From positions 120,001-152,000 of the forward strand of contig NW_008806289.1 of NCBI RefSeq assembly GCF_000400465.1: a stretch of DNA of 32,000 nucleotides. The letters run 5' to 3'. A program made the translations under genes and the position numbers. Positions 30,356 through 32,000 of this stretch are shown piece after piece. This DNA is from Wallemia ichthyophaga EXF-994 (lineage: Eukaryota; Fungi; Basidiomycota). A model generated the notes under the pieces. It made no database searches. It was not told where the DNA came from and saw only the letters and a list, made by a program, of their open reading frames with translations. Position 1 is the first letter of the stretch, and every line of letters starts with the position of its first letter.

Positions 30356-32000
30356 CTACTCATTGTATCTTGGTGGTGGTGAGTTAATTACGTAGCTGTT
30401 GTATGTTAGTCTTTCTCTACATCCGCATACACCCTTACTCACCCTTTCGTCGTTCCACTGCCCTTCTCTATCTCCACTCTGATATCATATACCAAATTCC
30501 CAGTACTCTCGTCAAACTCTATTGAAGTCCAGTTCCTCCTTGGCATTACATATGGGTAATCACTTTCCTCTCCATTGGTATCAACTTGGAACAACTTGAC
30601 TGCATCCTCTTCTGTTTTGATATAATGCAAACTCTTATGCTTCTTGGTAGCGAGATAGTTTACCACTTTAGCTGCAACTGGTGGTGGTGGAGTGTTTACG
30701 ATAGCTGACGTAACGACATTAAACATCAATTTATGGTCCTTAGTTGGCTCCTTCTTCTTGCTGTATGTTCTACCAACTGCAGCAGCGTGTACATCTCCAG
30801 AAAGGAATGATATACGAAGGTTCTTGTCGAGTGCCAATTTCTGACATTGTTCAATAAACCAATTACGTTCCTTCTTGTGATGCTTAGCACACCAATGATC
30901 ATTTAAATCATCAAGCAGCTCGGCATCTTTGTTAAATTTATTAACAAACCCATTCAACCCAAGCCATGGATGTCTACCGATAAATGTGAGCGGGTTACCT
31001 TTCCACTCGAGGAACTTCTCCGCAAACACCATTCGCGGATAGAGGAGAGGCACACCGATAAGCCACACAAGCTGCTCGACTTGCTCAGGCAATCTCTTGA
31101 TAGCTTCGAAACATAAATCCCACGTCGTCCTGCTGCACATCTGATCGAGTTTCCTCTCAGCTCTGCAGTCCAGTCCTAACATGTAAACCTTTGGTCCGAG
31201 GTACGTGAGTGTGTTGTGTGTAGGGAATGGTATGTAGACACCCTCGCCACCAATAATCATCGATTTGAATGTGTGCGGTTTCGGCGCTGGCACTTTGTTT
31301 TCCTCCGCTTTCTGTCGAGCTCGGACTTGCGCAGAAGTTATTTCACCGAAGCCTTGCGGAGATGTGATGCGAGATCCGTCAACTTCCATAACTGTAAACT
31401 GCTGGAAGAGGAGATACCAGAAGTAACCACTTGTACCAATTTTATTGAAGATGGGCGAATACATAAGCTCGTCCGGGTAAGAGCCGAAACCATCAATGAG
31501 GTCGTGGTCATCGAGTATATTTACTTGGGGTATTTTTGCAACAGCTTCACCGAAAGAACCTGCTCTGAACCACTTGGAGTAGTGATTAAAGAAGAACCTA
31601 TCGAGAGCAAACGCAATTGGCTCAGTTAGCGGCATCTTCTGCTTCTCTTCACCATCTTCCATACTAACCCAATCCTGCAATTCAGGCTCGCGCATGAGGA
31701 TATCACAATAAATCTGATCACCGCCTCCAACGACGGTATGGAATGGTTTCTCCTTATGTTGTCTCAAAACATCATCCCATAGTCTAAATGGACCGTTAAA
31801 GTCAGCTGGGTTGACTCCCATCGAGAAACCATTGCAGCTCTGACCGATCCAGCGTAAGTGTTGGGAATGAGCGGGGACGTGGAAGGCATAACGAGCGCCA
31901 CCATTGATGCCATACTCAACGGCATTCTCACTCTCGCCTAGTGGAACATCTATCATGAACCTCCAGAATGTGAAAGTACCTGAAGGTCCTCTATAAACAT
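30356..32000 (-). CDS. PhoD-like metallophosphoesterase, 3' part; 5' end outside window
   Basis: GGGDQIYCD, LDDHDLIDGFGSY, LDCRAER and SFLSGDVH motifs. The frame is open to the window edge, and terminal intron 30396-30442 adds YVINSPPPRYNE*. Confidence 0.85.

Overview
Gene-dense eukaryotic DNA from a very compact fungal genome. Its ~42-60 nt GT-AG introns with CTAAC/CTGAC-type branch points, tiny intergenic spacers and basidiomycete-like proteins fit Wallemia or a similar lineage (inference, not verified). I resolved 22 apparently intact protein genes, mostly housekeeping: KEX1 3' end, STE11, YDJ1, pirin, eIF3f, TIM50, a WD40 protein, an aldo-keto reductase, MRP17, DTD1, an HLH-like orphan, proteasome alpha1, a TPR-DnaJ protein, UTP7, a GST-like protein, PCM1, NDUFB10, a SNAPC1-like protein, IST3/RBMX2, RSM7, a myosin light chain and a PhoD-like 3' part. 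There is also an intron-containing tRNA-Leu(UAA) and a multiply disrupted ATP-dependent DNA ligase pseudogene at the edge of a ~2.5 kb gene-poor stretch. Exon structures were reconstructed by hand, and several true starts differ from the ORF track. The most notable signals are: (1) two head-to-head gene pairs whose start codons are only 10 and 14 nt apart, with the SNAPC1-like gene also overlapping its downstream neighbour's stop codon; (2) a 7x TTACTCA array just upstream of the pirin TATA box; (3) the ligase pseudogene, with a stop inside KxDG and a dead splice acceptor; (4) an orphan with HLH-like spacing but no E-box-reading residues. I see no clear multi-gene novel system. The best candidate for new biology is the overlapping-promoter architecture.
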